36,886 nucleotides of DNA from assembly GCA_036567525.1 (NCBI GenBank), contig DATCUG010000626.1, forward strand, positions 1-36,886, read 5' to 3'. Position numbers and translations under genes: made by a program. Positions within the stretch are counted from its first letter, which is position 1. Each line of letters starts with the position of its first letter. Shown piece after piece: positions 16,758-24,850 of the stretch. Source of the DNA: Streptosporangiaceae bacterium (lineage in GTDB: Bacteria; Actinomycetota; Actinomycetes; Streptosporangiales; Streptosporangiaceae). The notes below the pieces were generated by a model. It saw only the letters and a program-made list of their open reading frames with translations, did not search any database and was not told where the DNA came from.

Positions 16758-18220
16758 CCGGCCCGCACCACCTGGGTCATGCCCTCGTCCTGGATCGGCT
16801 GCGGCGCCGGTCTGCGTGCGGTGTCGCTGATCCGCATCAGCAGCGCGATGCCCATCCAGCTGGAGATCAGCGACGAGCCGCCCTGGGACAGGAACGGCGT
16901 GGTGATGCCGGTCAGCGGGATCAGCCGGCTGACCCCGCCGACGATCACGAACACCTGCAGCGCGACCACGAAGGCCAGCCCGCCGGCCAGCAGCTTGGAG
17001 AACGGGTCACGGACCGCGATGGCCGCGCGCAGCCCGCGCTGCACGATCAGCCCGTAGATGAGCAGCAGGGCCATCAGCCCGGTCAGCCCCACCTCCTCGC
17101 CGAACGCGGTGATGATGAAGTCGCTCTGCACCAGCGGGGTGTTGTACGGCTGGCCCTGGCCCAGGCCGCGGCCGAGTATCCCGCCGAAACCCAGCCCGTA
17201 CAGTCCCTGGACCGTCTGGAAGCCGATCGTGTGCACGTAGCTGAACGGGTGCAGCCAGACCAGGAAGCGGTCCTTGACGTGCGCGAACAGCTCACTGGCC
17301 AGGAACGCGCCGAACACGAACAGCAGGAAGCCGATGATCAGCCAGGACGAGCGCTGGGTGGCGATGTACATCATCACCACGAACAGGCCGAAGAACAGCG
17401 CCGAGGTGCCGATGTCGCCCTCGAAGACCAGCACGACCAGGCTGACCCCCCAGGCGATCAGCACCGGGCCCAGGTCGCGGGCCCGGGGCAGGTCGATGCC
17501 GAGCACCCGCCGTCCGGCCAGGGCGAGCACGTCGCGCTTAGCCACCAGGTAGCCGGCGAAGAACACGGCCAGCGCCAGCTTGGCGAACTCCTCGGGCTGC
17601 ACGGTGAATCCGCCCAGCGAGATCTGGATCTTGGCGAAGGTGCCCGGCACCTCGCTGATGCTGTTCGGCAGCATCGCGGGCAGCGCCACCAGCACCAGGC
17701 CGATCGCGCCCAGCGTGTAGGTGTACCGCTGCAGCGTGCGGGGCTGCCGGACGAAGGCCAGCACGGCCACGAACGCGGCGATCCCGGCCGTGCTGTAGAG
17801 CACCTGGAACGCGGTGGTCTTGGTGCTCATCGTGGTGATGACGAAGCCGGGGTTGCCGCCCCGGCCGGCCTCCTGCAGCCGGTAGATCATCACGATGCCG
17901 AGCCCGTTCAGCAGCGCGGCCAGCGGCAGCAGCAGCGGGTCGGCCCACGGCGCCAGCCAGCGCACGGCCACGTGCGCGATGCCGACCAGCGCGGCGAACG
18001 ACAGGCCGTACACGAACATGCCGGCCGGCACCTTGCCGTTCAGCCCCAGCCCCACGTTGGCGTAGGCCAGCATCACCACGCCGACCACGAAGGCCAGCAT
18101 GAGCAACTCGGTCCGGCGGCGGCCCTGCGGCAGCGGCATGCCTCCGGCCTGGCCGTTCTGCTCGGCGGCGGCTTGGCCACCGCCGAGCGGCTGGTCCGAC
18201 GGGCTGGCGATCACGCTCAC
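16754..18220 (-). CDS. rodA: SEDS-family peptidoglycan glycosyltransferase (FtsW/RodA/SpoVE)
   Basis: Polytopic, with conserved SEDS blocks (QPEEFAKLALAVFFAGYL, GDIGTSALFFGLF, SDFIITAFGEEVGLTG, PLTGITTPFLSQGGSS). Start placed at GTG (complement 18218-18220) after GGAGG, which overlaps the pstP stop. The longer ORF would overlap pstP. Confidence 0.9.
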   Translation of the reverse strand: MSVIASPSDQPLGGGQAAAEQNGQAGGMPLPQGRRRTELLMLAFVVGVVMLAYANVGLGLNGKVPAGMFVYGLSFAALVGIAHVAVRWLAPWADPLLLPLAALLNGLGIVMIYRLQEAGRGGNPGFVITTMSTKTTAFQVLYSTAGIAAFVAVLAFVRQPRTLQRYTYTLGAIGLVLVALPAMLPNSISEVPGTFAKIQISLGGFTVQPEEFAKLALAVFFAGYLVAKRDVLALAGRRVLGIDLPRARDLGPVLIAWGVSLVVLVFEGDIGTSALFFGLFVVMMYIATQRSSWLIIGFLLFVFGAFLASELFAHVKDRFLVWLHPFSYVHTIGFQTVQGLYGLGFGGILGRGLGQGQPYNTPLVQSDFIITAFGEEVGLTGLMALLLIYGLIVQRGLRAAIAVRDPFSKLLAGGLAFVVALQVFVIVGGVSRLIPLTGITTPFLSQGGSSLISSWMGIALLMRISDTARRPAPQPIQDEGMTQVVRAG

Positions 18221-18222
18221 GG

Positions 18223-19644
18223 CTATCCTCCGGTCCCGGCGGCGGCGCTGGCGGGTGCCGGGCACTCCGCGGGGATGGTTGGCTTCGGTGGCTTGACCTT
18301 CTCGGTGATGGTCTTTTTCCCGCGCCTGACCTTCTTGGTCGTCGGCGGCGTCGTCTCCCACGTACGCAGCGCGGCGTACGCCTGCTGGCACTTCTGGTAG
18401 TCCGCCTGGAGCGTCGCCACTGAGCCGCGCGCGCCGGTCAGGCCGGAGTTGGACGTGATGGTGGCCCGCACGGTGCTCGCGTCCATGCTCGGCAGGCTGG
18501 CCACCGGGATGCTGGTGCGCTGCACCACGCTGTACAGCTTGATGCCCGCCACACTCTGGTTGATGCCGCGGAAGATGACGACCTTGCCGCCGTCCTCACC
18601 CACGTAGTACTGGCTCTGCGTGTACCGCCAGCCGGCGTACGCGCCGCCCACCACCAGCACGACCAGGACGACCAGGGCCGAGGTGACCAGCGGGAACCGG
18701 CGCTTGCGGCGGCGGTGCCCGCCGTGGTCCTCGTCGTCCCCGTCGGCAGGCCGGCCCGGTGCCGGGTCGTCGTGCGCGATCGCGACCGCGACCTGCGGCG
18801 CGGTCCGGGTCAGCAGGTGGGCGCGGCCGGCCGGGCTGTCGGTGCGGAACGGGCCGCCGCCGCTGCCGTTGGACGCCGCCCCGACCATGACCGAGGCCTC
18901 GCTGGGCGGCAGCGGGGCGGTCGCGCTGTCCACCACGTCGGCGACGATGCAGGTGATGTTGTCCGGGCCGCCGCCCCGGATGGCCAGCTCGACGAGCTGC
19001 AGCACCACCTCGTTCAGGTCCTCGACCTTGGCCAGCGTCCGGTGCAGCGTCTCCTCGCTGACCACCCCGGACAGCCCGTCCGAGCAGAGCAGGTACCGGT
19101 CACCCAGCCTGGCCTCGCGCAGCGACAGGTCCGGCTCGACGTCGGCCCGGCCGTCCAGCGCGCGCAGCAGCATGGACCGCTGCGGGTGGGTGGCCACGTC
19201 GTCCGGGCTGATCCGGCCCTCGTCCACCAGCGTCTGGACCAGCGTGTGGTCGTGTGTGATCTGGTGGAACTCCCCATCGCGCAGCAGGTACGCGCGGGAG
19301 TCGCCGATGTGCACCAGGGCCACCCGCGGGCCGGACCAGAGCATGGCGGTCAGCGTGGTGCCCATGCCTTCCAGCACCGAGTCGGCCACCACCATGTCGT
19401 GCAGCGTGTGGTTCGCGTCCGCGACCGCGTCGGCCAGCGCGTCGAGCAGGTCGTTGCCGGGCACGTCGTCGTCCAGCCTGGCCAGCGCGGAAATGGCCGC
19501 CGCGCTGGCTACCTCGCCCGCGGCATGGCCGCCCATGCCGTCGGCAACCGCCAGCAGACGCGGCCCGGCGTACGCCGCGTCCTCATTCCCCTCCCGGAGA
19601 AGACCGACGTCCGAGCGAATCGCGTACCGGAGTGCAAGTGTCAT
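18223..19644 (-). CDS. pstP: PP2C-family Ser/Thr phosphatase PstP, with TM and extracellular C-terminal domain
   Basis: RSDVGLLREGNEDA, VADGMGGHAAGEVAS, LLCSDGL and GGPDNITCIV are PP2C motifs. TM segment LVTSALVVLVVLVVGGAY. Confidence 0.93.
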   Translation of the reverse strand: MTLALRYAIRSDVGLLREGNEDAAYAGPRLLAVADGMGGHAAGEVASAAAISALARLDDDVPGNDLLDALADAVADANHTLHDMVVADSVLEGMGTTLTAMLWSGPRVALVHIGDSRAYLLRDGEFHQITHDHTLVQTLVDEGRISPDDVATHPQRSMLLRALDGRADVEPDLSLREARLGDRYLLCSDGLSGVVSEETLHRTLAKVEDLNEVVLQLVELAIRGGGPDNITCIVADVVDSATAPLPPSEASVMVGAASNGSGGGPFRTDSPAGRAHLLTRTAPQVAVAIAHDDPAPGRPADGDDEDHGGHRRRKRRFPLVTSALVVLVVLVVGGAYAGWRYTQSQYYVGEDGGKVVIFRGINQSVAGIKLYSVVQRTSIPVASLPSMDASTVRATITSNSGLTGARGSVATLQADYQKCQQAYAALRTWETTPPTTKKVRRGKKTITEKVKPPKPTIPAECPAPASAAAGTGG

Positions 19645-20141
19645 CTGCGCAATTCCAGAACGGTCTTGCCGATGCGGATCGGCACGCCTGTCGGCACCGG
19701 GGTCGGCTGGGTCACCTTCTGCCTGTCGAGGTAGGTGCCGTTGGTTGACCCGAGGTCCTCAACGATCCATTGACCGTCTTGTGGGAACAGCCGGGCATGT
19801 CGGCTCGAAGCGTAGTCATCGTTGAGCACCAGCGTGGCGTCATTTGACCGACCGATGGTGATTTGCTGCTCAGTCAGGGCCAGACTCGTGCCCGCCAGCG
19901 CGCCCGCGGTCACCAGCAGACGCTGCGGATCGCCGCGCCCGGCCCGTGGCGGCCGGGCCGGGCGGGGCCGCGGGGCCTGCCGCTGCCGCTTCTGCTTGCG
20001 TGATGCCTGGCCGAACAGGTCCGTGCGCACTACGCCCACCGCCGTGATCACGAACAGCCACAGGACCGCCAGGAAGGCGAGCCTGATCAGGAGGAGGGTC
20101 AGCGTGCTCATCGGCTCATGTGTCCTTGGGTGCCTCGCCAT
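19641..20141 (-). CDS. fhaB: FHA-domain protein FhaB/FipA (N-terminal TM plus C-terminal FHA)
   Basis: TM LTLLLIRLAFLAVLWLFVITAVGVV. FHA core ITIGRSNDATLVLNDDYASSRHARL...DLGSTNGTYLD. The stop overlaps the pstP start (ATGA). The internal ATG at 20111 (MSTLTLLL) may be the real start. Confidence 0.88.
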   Translation of the reverse strand: MARHPRTHEPMSTLTLLLIRLAFLAVLWLFVITAVGVVRTDLFGQASRKQKRQRQAPRPRPARPPRAGRGDPQRLLVTAGALAGTSLALTEQQITIGRSNDATLVLNDDYASSRHARLFPQDGQWIVEDLGSTNGTYLDRQKVTQPTPVPTGVPIRIGKTVLELRR

Positions 20142-20200
20142 TACGGCCTGCGGGGGTTGGGGCGGGATTCGGGGTCGGGGGCTAACTCAGCGGGGAACGG

Positions 20201-20956
20201 TCAATAGATACCGTCCCTGCGGAACACCAGTGTCGTCCGGCCGAGCGTCACCTGCGTGCCGTCTGCCAATGTCACGCGCCGCACCGGCTGGCCGTTCACG
20301 AACGTGCCGTTGGTCGAGCCCAGGTCCACCAGGACCACCTCACCGTCTTCGACCCGCAGCTCGGCATGGTGCCGGGAGACGCCCGGGTCGACCAGCCGCA
20401 GATCACAGTCGGTGCCCCGGCCCAGCATGGTGACGGGGGCGTTCAGCTCGTAGGTGCGCTGGCTGCTGCCGTCGGGCCCGGGTTCCGGGCCGGATACCAG
20501 CAGCCGGGGGCGACCGCCGAACGTGCCTGGCGGGCGTGGCAGGTCGCTGGCCGGACGGCGGATCTCGCCGCCCTCCACGGTAGTGCCGCGGATCACCCCG
20601 GAGCGGATCCGGAACGTGCCGGTGGTCAGGTCCGGGACACCCTCGAAACGCATCCGCACCGGCCCCACGAAGGAGTACCCCTGCTCCCTCGCGTGTTCCC
20701 GGGCCAGTGTGGCCAGTTCCACACCGAGACTGTCCGCGTACACCTCGAGGCGGTCGAAGTCGGTCTCGGCGATCTCCACCACGAAGTCGTTCGGCACCAG
20801 AGTCCGGCCCTGGGCGACGATCGCGGCCCGGTCATCCATCTCGCGCTGAACCGCGCTGGCAACCTCCACTGGCTGCAGCTCGGACTTGAACGCCCGCGCG
20901 AAGGCACCCTCGACCATGCCTTCGAGCCGCCGCTCGAAGCGCTGTAGAACTCCCAC
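20201..20956 (-). CDS. fhaA: FhaA: DUF3662-type N-terminal domain plus C-terminal FHA domain
   Basis: VGVLQRFERRLEGMVEGAFARAFK is the typical FhaA N-terminus. FHA core TMLGRGTDCDLRLVDPGVSRHHAEL..DLGSTNGTFVNG. GTG start (complement 20954-20956) follows GGAGG. The longer ORF to 21127 would run through the tRNA gene. Confidence 0.9.
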   Translation of the reverse strand: MGVLQRFERRLEGMVEGAFARAFKSELQPVEVASAVQREMDDRAAIVAQGRTLVPNDFVVEIAETDFDRLEVYADSLGVELATLAREHAREQGYSFVGPVRMRFEGVPDLTTGTFRIRSGVIRGTTVEGGEIRRPASDLPRPPGTFGGRPRLLVSGPEPGPDGSSQRTYELNAPVTMLGRGTDCDLRLVDPGVSRHHAELRVEDGEVVLVDLGSTNGTFVNGQPVRRVTLADGTQVTLGRTTLVFRRDGIY

Positions 20957-21043
20957 CGCGGGGTACCTCCTTCCCCTATCCGCATCCGATGGTATCGGCG
21001 GTCGGGGTGCTCTCGCGGACGTGCTAACCTGACTGACTGCGTA

Positions 21044-21126
21044 GGGCGGGTGGCGGAACGGCAGACGCGCACGGTTCAGGTCCGTGTGTCCGCAAGGACG
21101 TGAGGGTTCAAATCCCTCCTCGCCCA
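21044..21126 (+). tRNA. leuT: tRNA-Leu (anticodon CAG), class II with a long variable arm; CCA not encoded
   Basis: Hand-folded. Acceptor GGGCGGG/CTCGCCC (one G-U pair) plus discriminator A. Anticodon stem CACGG/CCGTG with loop TTCAGGT (CAG). Variable arm TGTCCGCAAGGACGT. T-arm GAGGG-TTCAAAT-CCCTC. A tRNA-Leu next to fhaA matches mycobacterial synteny. Confidence 0.9.
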
Positions 21127-21301
21127 CAGGTTGTGTTGATGATCATGCGGCTGGGGGTCGTGCCCTGGCGGTGGCCGGGCATGCGGGTGCTGGCTTGCCA
21201 GCTTATGCGGGACGGCGCGAGATGCGTGGGGTCTTCGCAGGTCAGCGACGGCACTGTTACCACGGGGCAATCATGTGCCCGCGTAACGGCGGGCCAATCC
21301 T

Positions 21302-22540
21302 GTGCCGGCTGACCTGGTCGCGGACGTCGCGGTCGTCGGGGCGGGCGCGCTGGGGCTGAGCACCGCGCTGCACTGCGCGCTGGCTGGCCGGTCGGTGGTG
21401 GTGCTGGATCGCCGGGCGCCCGGCTCACAGGCCTCGGGCCGGGCCGCTGGCCTGTTCAAATCGGTGCAGGCCGATGAAGTCCGCACGTTCCTGGCCCGGC
21501 GCAGCATCACGAAGGTGCGCGGTTTCGCCGGCTGGGCCGGGGTCCCGCTGGACGTAGCGCCGGCCGGCAGCCTGCTGGTGGCGCGCAGTCCCGGGCACAA
21601 AGCCCTGCTCGCCGCGGAGGCCGGGCAGTCCCGCCGGTGGGGCGTCGAGCTGGCCGAGATCAGCCCGGGCGAAGCCGCCACGCGGACGGCCGGCTACTAC
21701 CAGCCCGCCGGGGACGAGCACGTGGTGTGGTGCCCGGAGGACGTGTACGTCGAGGAGCCGGGCTCGCTGATCACCGCGTACCTGGCCGCCGGCCAGCGGC
21801 TCGGCGTCCAGGTGCTGGCGGACGAGGAAGTCACCGGGGTGCGGCTGGATGGCGGCCGGGTGGCCGGGCTGGAGACCACCGGCCGGACGCTGCGCACCGG
21901 GACCGTGGTCGACGCGGCCGGCGCATGGGTGCGCCAGGTCGGCGAGCTGGCCGGGGCCTGGGTGGCGGCCGCGCCGGTCCGGCACCAGCTGCTGGTGACC
22001 CGCCCGCTGCCGGATGTGGCGCCGAGCGCGCCAATTACCAGAATTCTGGATTCTGCGGTGTACCTCCGGCCGGCCCGCGGCGGGCTGATGATCGGCGGGT
22101 TCGAGGCCGATCCGCTGCCGGTCGATCCGCGCGGCCAGCCGCCCGGATTCGATACCGATTCGATACCGCTGGACCTGGGCGTGCTGCGCCGGATGGCGGA
22201 TGAGGTCGCGGATCTGGTCCCGGCGGCCGGCGAGGGCACGGGGGTGGCCGAGCACCGCGGCGGGCTGTTCACGATGAGCCCGGACGGCCGGTTCCTGGCC
22301 GGGCCGGTGCCGGACGTGCCCGGGCTGTGGGTGGCCAGCGGCTGCAACGGCTCGGGCTTCTCCTCGTCCCCGGCGCTCGGTGAGGCCCTGGCCGCCTGGA
22401 TCAGCACCGGCCAGCCGCCGGACGGGCTGGCCGGGCTGGCCCCGTCCCGGTTCGGCCGGCTGGCTGACCAGGACCTGATCGAGCGCGGCTGCTGGCAGTA
22501 CGCGCACTACTACGACCCGCTGGCCGCCCCGCCTGGCTGA
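21302..22540 (+). CDS. FAD-dependent oxidoreductase (DAO / glycine-sarcosine-oxidase-like family)
   Basis: N-terminal Rossmann fingerprint DVAVVGAGALGLSTALHCALAGRSVVVLDR and a C-terminal GLWVASGCNGSGFSSSPALGEALA motif typical of the DAO family. Confidence 0.8.
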   Translation: MPADLVADVAVVGAGALGLSTALHCALAGRSVVVLDRRAPGSQASGRAAGLFKSVQADEVRTFLARRSITKVRGFAGWAGVPLDVAPAGSLLVARSPGHKALLAAEAGQSRRWGVELAEISPGEAATRTAGYYQPAGDEHVVWCPEDVYVEEPGSLITAYLAAGQRLGVQVLADEEVTGVRLDGGRVAGLETTGRTLRTGTVVDAAGAWVRQVGELAGAWVAAAPVRHQLLVTRPLPDVAPSAPITRILDSAVYLRPARGGLMIGGFEADPLPVDPRGQPPGFDTDSIPLDLGVLRRMADEVADLVPAAGEGTGVAEHRGGLFTMSPDGRFLAGPVPDVPGLWVASGCNGSGFSSSPALGEALAAWISTGQPPDGLAGLAPSRFGRLADQDLIERGCWQYAHYYDPLAAPPG

Positions 22541-22549
22541 CCCGCCGGG

Positions 22550-23188
22550 TCAGGGCACCACGATGACCGGGCAGTGCGCGTGCCGGGCCAGCCAGCCGGG
22601 CACCGACCCGGCCAGCTGATGCCAGACGTGCCCGGGCGCGCCGATGACCAGGGCGTCGGCGTGGAACTCATCGGCTGCGGCGGCCAGTTCCCGGGCCGGG
22701 CTGCCCTGCCTGGTCACGATGCAGACGTCCAGTCCGGTGCGGTCACACACCTCGTCCAGTTCGGCCAGCAGCCAGCGGTGGGTTTCCTTGGTGTCCCGGG
22801 CCGGCGCGATGACCTGGCCGGTCAGCGGCTCGCAGAACAGGGCCGGGCTGGTGATGTACGCGACCAGCAGGGTGCGGCCGAGCCGGCGGGCCATCCCCGC
22901 GGCGTAGGCCAGCGCGTTCCGGCTGGCCGCCGAGCCGTCGTAGCCGACGACGACCGGGTGATCCGCCTCGGTCAGCGGCTGCTTGGCCGCCAGCTTCCCG
23001 GCACAGTCGGCTGGGTCCGGCTGGTCTGTCCCGGTCAGCGGCGGTTCCGGCTGGGGCTGGGCCTGGCTGGCGGCTTCCGGCTGGGCCGGCGGCTGGTCAC
23101 GCTGCGCAGGGCGGCGCCGCTGCGGCCAGGGCGGCCGGGGCGGCCGGGGCCGCTCAGGCCGGCCCGGGCTGGGCTCTGCCTGGTCCAT
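22550..23188 (-). CDS. Universal stress protein (UspA family) with an ~80-aa Pro/Gln/Arg-rich disordered N-terminal extension
   Basis: HPVVVGYDGSAASRNALAYAAGMA....LLVAYI... and ALVIGAPGH....LAGSVPGWLARHAHCPVIVVP are typical USP ends. Confidence 0.8.
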   Translation of the reverse strand: MDQAEPSPGRPERPRPPRPPWPQRRRPAQRDQPPAQPEAASQAQPQPEPPLTGTDQPDPADCAGKLAAKQPLTEADHPVVVGYDGSAASRNALAYAAGMARRLGRTLLVAYITSPALFCEPLTGQVIAPARDTKETHRWLLAELDEVCDRTGLDVCIVTRQGSPARELAAAADEFHADALVIGAPGHVWHQLAGSVPGWLARHAHCPVIVVP

Positions 23189-23425
23189 GGCTTCTCATCC
23201 TCGTGAATCCATGTCCGCTCACCGGTCCTGCCTACCGCAAGCTCTGTTAGTTTTGCTTAAACAACTAACCCAGCTCGTCCCATACCAGCAAGGTGTTCTG
23301 GGTTATCCAATACCCTCGACGGCGCCAATGTTGCAGCAATCGGCTGTCACGGCGTGCCGGCCCGCTCCGGGTACCCGGGGCAGCACTGGCCAAACAACCC
23401 GCCCGGACCAGGCAGAATCGTTATC

Positions 23426-24313
23426 GTGCCAGAACTTCCAGAGGTCGAGTCGCTCGCCGTCTTCCTGCGTGAGCATGCCTCCGGGCGGGTCATCGACCGG
23501 GCTGACAGCGCGGCCATCTCGGTGCTCAAGACGTACCGGCCTGACCTGTCCGAGCTGCGCGGCCGGGTGATCGGCGAGGTCACCCGGCACGGCAAGTTCC
23601 TCGACCTGGCCGCGGTCCCGGCTGACGGCGCGGCTGGGGCGGCCCCGCTGCACCTGGTCATCCACCTGGCCCGGGCTGGCTGGCTGCGCTGGCGGGAGGA
23701 CCTGCCCGCGCAGCCGCCGCGGCCGGGCAAGGGCCCGCTCGGTTTCCGGCTCCGGTTCACCGACGGGTCCGGGTTCGACCTCACTGAGGCCGGCACCAAG
23801 AAGCGGCTGGCCGTCTACCTGGTAACCGGCCCGGCCGAGGTGCCCGGGGTGGCCGCACTCGGCCCCGACCCGCTGGCCGATTCGTTCACCGTGCCGGCGC
23901 TGGCCAAGATGCTGGCCGGCCGGCGGACCCAGATCAAGGGCGTGCTCCGGGACCAGAAGATCATCGCCGGGATCGGCAACGCCTACTCCGACGAGGTGCT
24001 GCACGCCGCCCGGATGTCCCCGTTCCGGCTGGCCGCCAGCCTGACCGACGATGAAGTGGCCGGCCTGCACGCGGCCATCGTCAGCACGCTGCGCGAGGCG
24101 ATGGACCGGTCGGCCGGCCTGGCCGCGGGCGAGCTGAAGGCGGAGAAGAAGTCCGGGCTGCGGGTGCACGGCCGGACCGGGCAGCCCTGCCCGGTGTGCG
24201 GCGACACGGTGCGCGAGGTGTCGTTCGCCGATTCTGCGCTGCAGTACTGCGCCACCTGCCAGACCGGCGGCAAGCCGCTGGCCGACCGGCGGATGTCCCG
24301 GCTGCTGCGCTAG
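23426..24313 (+). CDS. nei: Fpg/Nei-family DNA glycosylase / AP lyase (endonuclease VIII-like)
   Basis: N-terminal (V)PELPEVE catalytic Pro-Glu, an H2TH segment QKIIAGIGNAYSDEVLHAARMSP, and a C-terminal zinc finger CPVCG...YCATCQ. Start is GTG at 23426, immediately before PELPEVE. Confidence 0.88.
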   Translation: MPELPEVESLAVFLREHASGRVIDRADSAAISVLKTYRPDLSELRGRVIGEVTRHGKFLDLAAVPADGAAGAAPLHLVIHLARAGWLRWREDLPAQPPRPGKGPLGFRLRFTDGSGFDLTEAGTKKRLAVYLVTGPAEVPGVAALGPDPLADSFTVPALAKMLAGRRTQIKGVLRDQKIIAGIGNAYSDEVLHAARMSPFRLAASLTDDEVAGLHAAIVSTLREAMDRSAGLAAGELKAEKKSGLRVHGRTGQPCPVCGDTVREVSFADSALQYCATCQTGGKPLADRRMSRLLR

Positions 24314-24349
24314 CCGGGACATCCGCGGTCAAGGCTCAGTGCTGATGAA

Positions 24350-24850
24350 TCAGTGCACCGGCGAACCCGAGACCGGCTGCGCGGACCGGCTGGAGCCGAA
24401 CAGCACGCCGAGCTCGGCCCACCGGGTGGCGCCGCACGGGCTCTGCCGGGAGAACGTGCCGGCCACCTGCTTACCGAAGTAGGTCCCGCTCACCTGGGCT
24501 GAGCCAGTCTGCGGCCCGGCCGGGATCATCGGGCACATGATGCCCCGCGGGATCGGCGCGAACGGGTTCTTGGCCGCCAGCAGCTGGCGGCAGGCGGCCT
24601 GGGCGTGCGGGTGGGTCCCGCCCACCGGGTCGCAGGTCAGCGTCCACCGCTGTGGCTTGGCGCCGGGGTGGGTCCTGACCACCACCGTCAGCGAGACCTT
24701 GGCCGCGCGGGCGTGGCTGGGTGATGAGCTGGGCGCAGCGGCGGAGCCGGGGCTGGCCGCGCTGCCGCAGGCGGCCACGGCGACCAGGCTGAGGATGGCC
24801 GGCAGCAAGTATCCAGCGGCTAGCTGCCAACGCCGCGAGGGGAACGTCAT
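24350..24850 (-). CDS. Streptomyces-subtilisin-inhibitor (SSI) family protease inhibitor, predicted lipoprotein
   Basis: Collinear with SSI as I recall it: LTLTCDPVGGTHPHAQAAC (first Cys pair), then the reactive-site segment GIMCPMIPAG (SSI has VMCPMVYDP, P1 Met), then VSGTYFGKQVAGTFSRQSPC (second Cys). The N-terminus has the lipobox LVAVAAC. Start placed at MTFPSRRW. Confidence 0.8.
   Translation of the reverse strand: MTFPSRRWQLAAGYLLPAILSLVAVAACGSAASPGSAAAPSSSPSHARAAKVSLTVVVRTHPGAKPQRWTLTCDPVGGTHPHAQAACRQLLAAKNPFAPIPRGIMCPMIPAGPQTGSAQVSGTYFGKQVAGTFSRQSPCGATRWAELGVLFGSSRSAQPVSGSPVH

Noticed and set aside
20957-21127. The N-terminal extension of the fhaA ORF (MGEEGFEPSRPCGHTDLNRARLPF...).
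   Set aside because: This stretch is the reverse translation of the tRNA-Leu gene and its flank. The canonical FhaA N-terminus VGVLQRFERR, with a GGAGG SD, lies at 20956.
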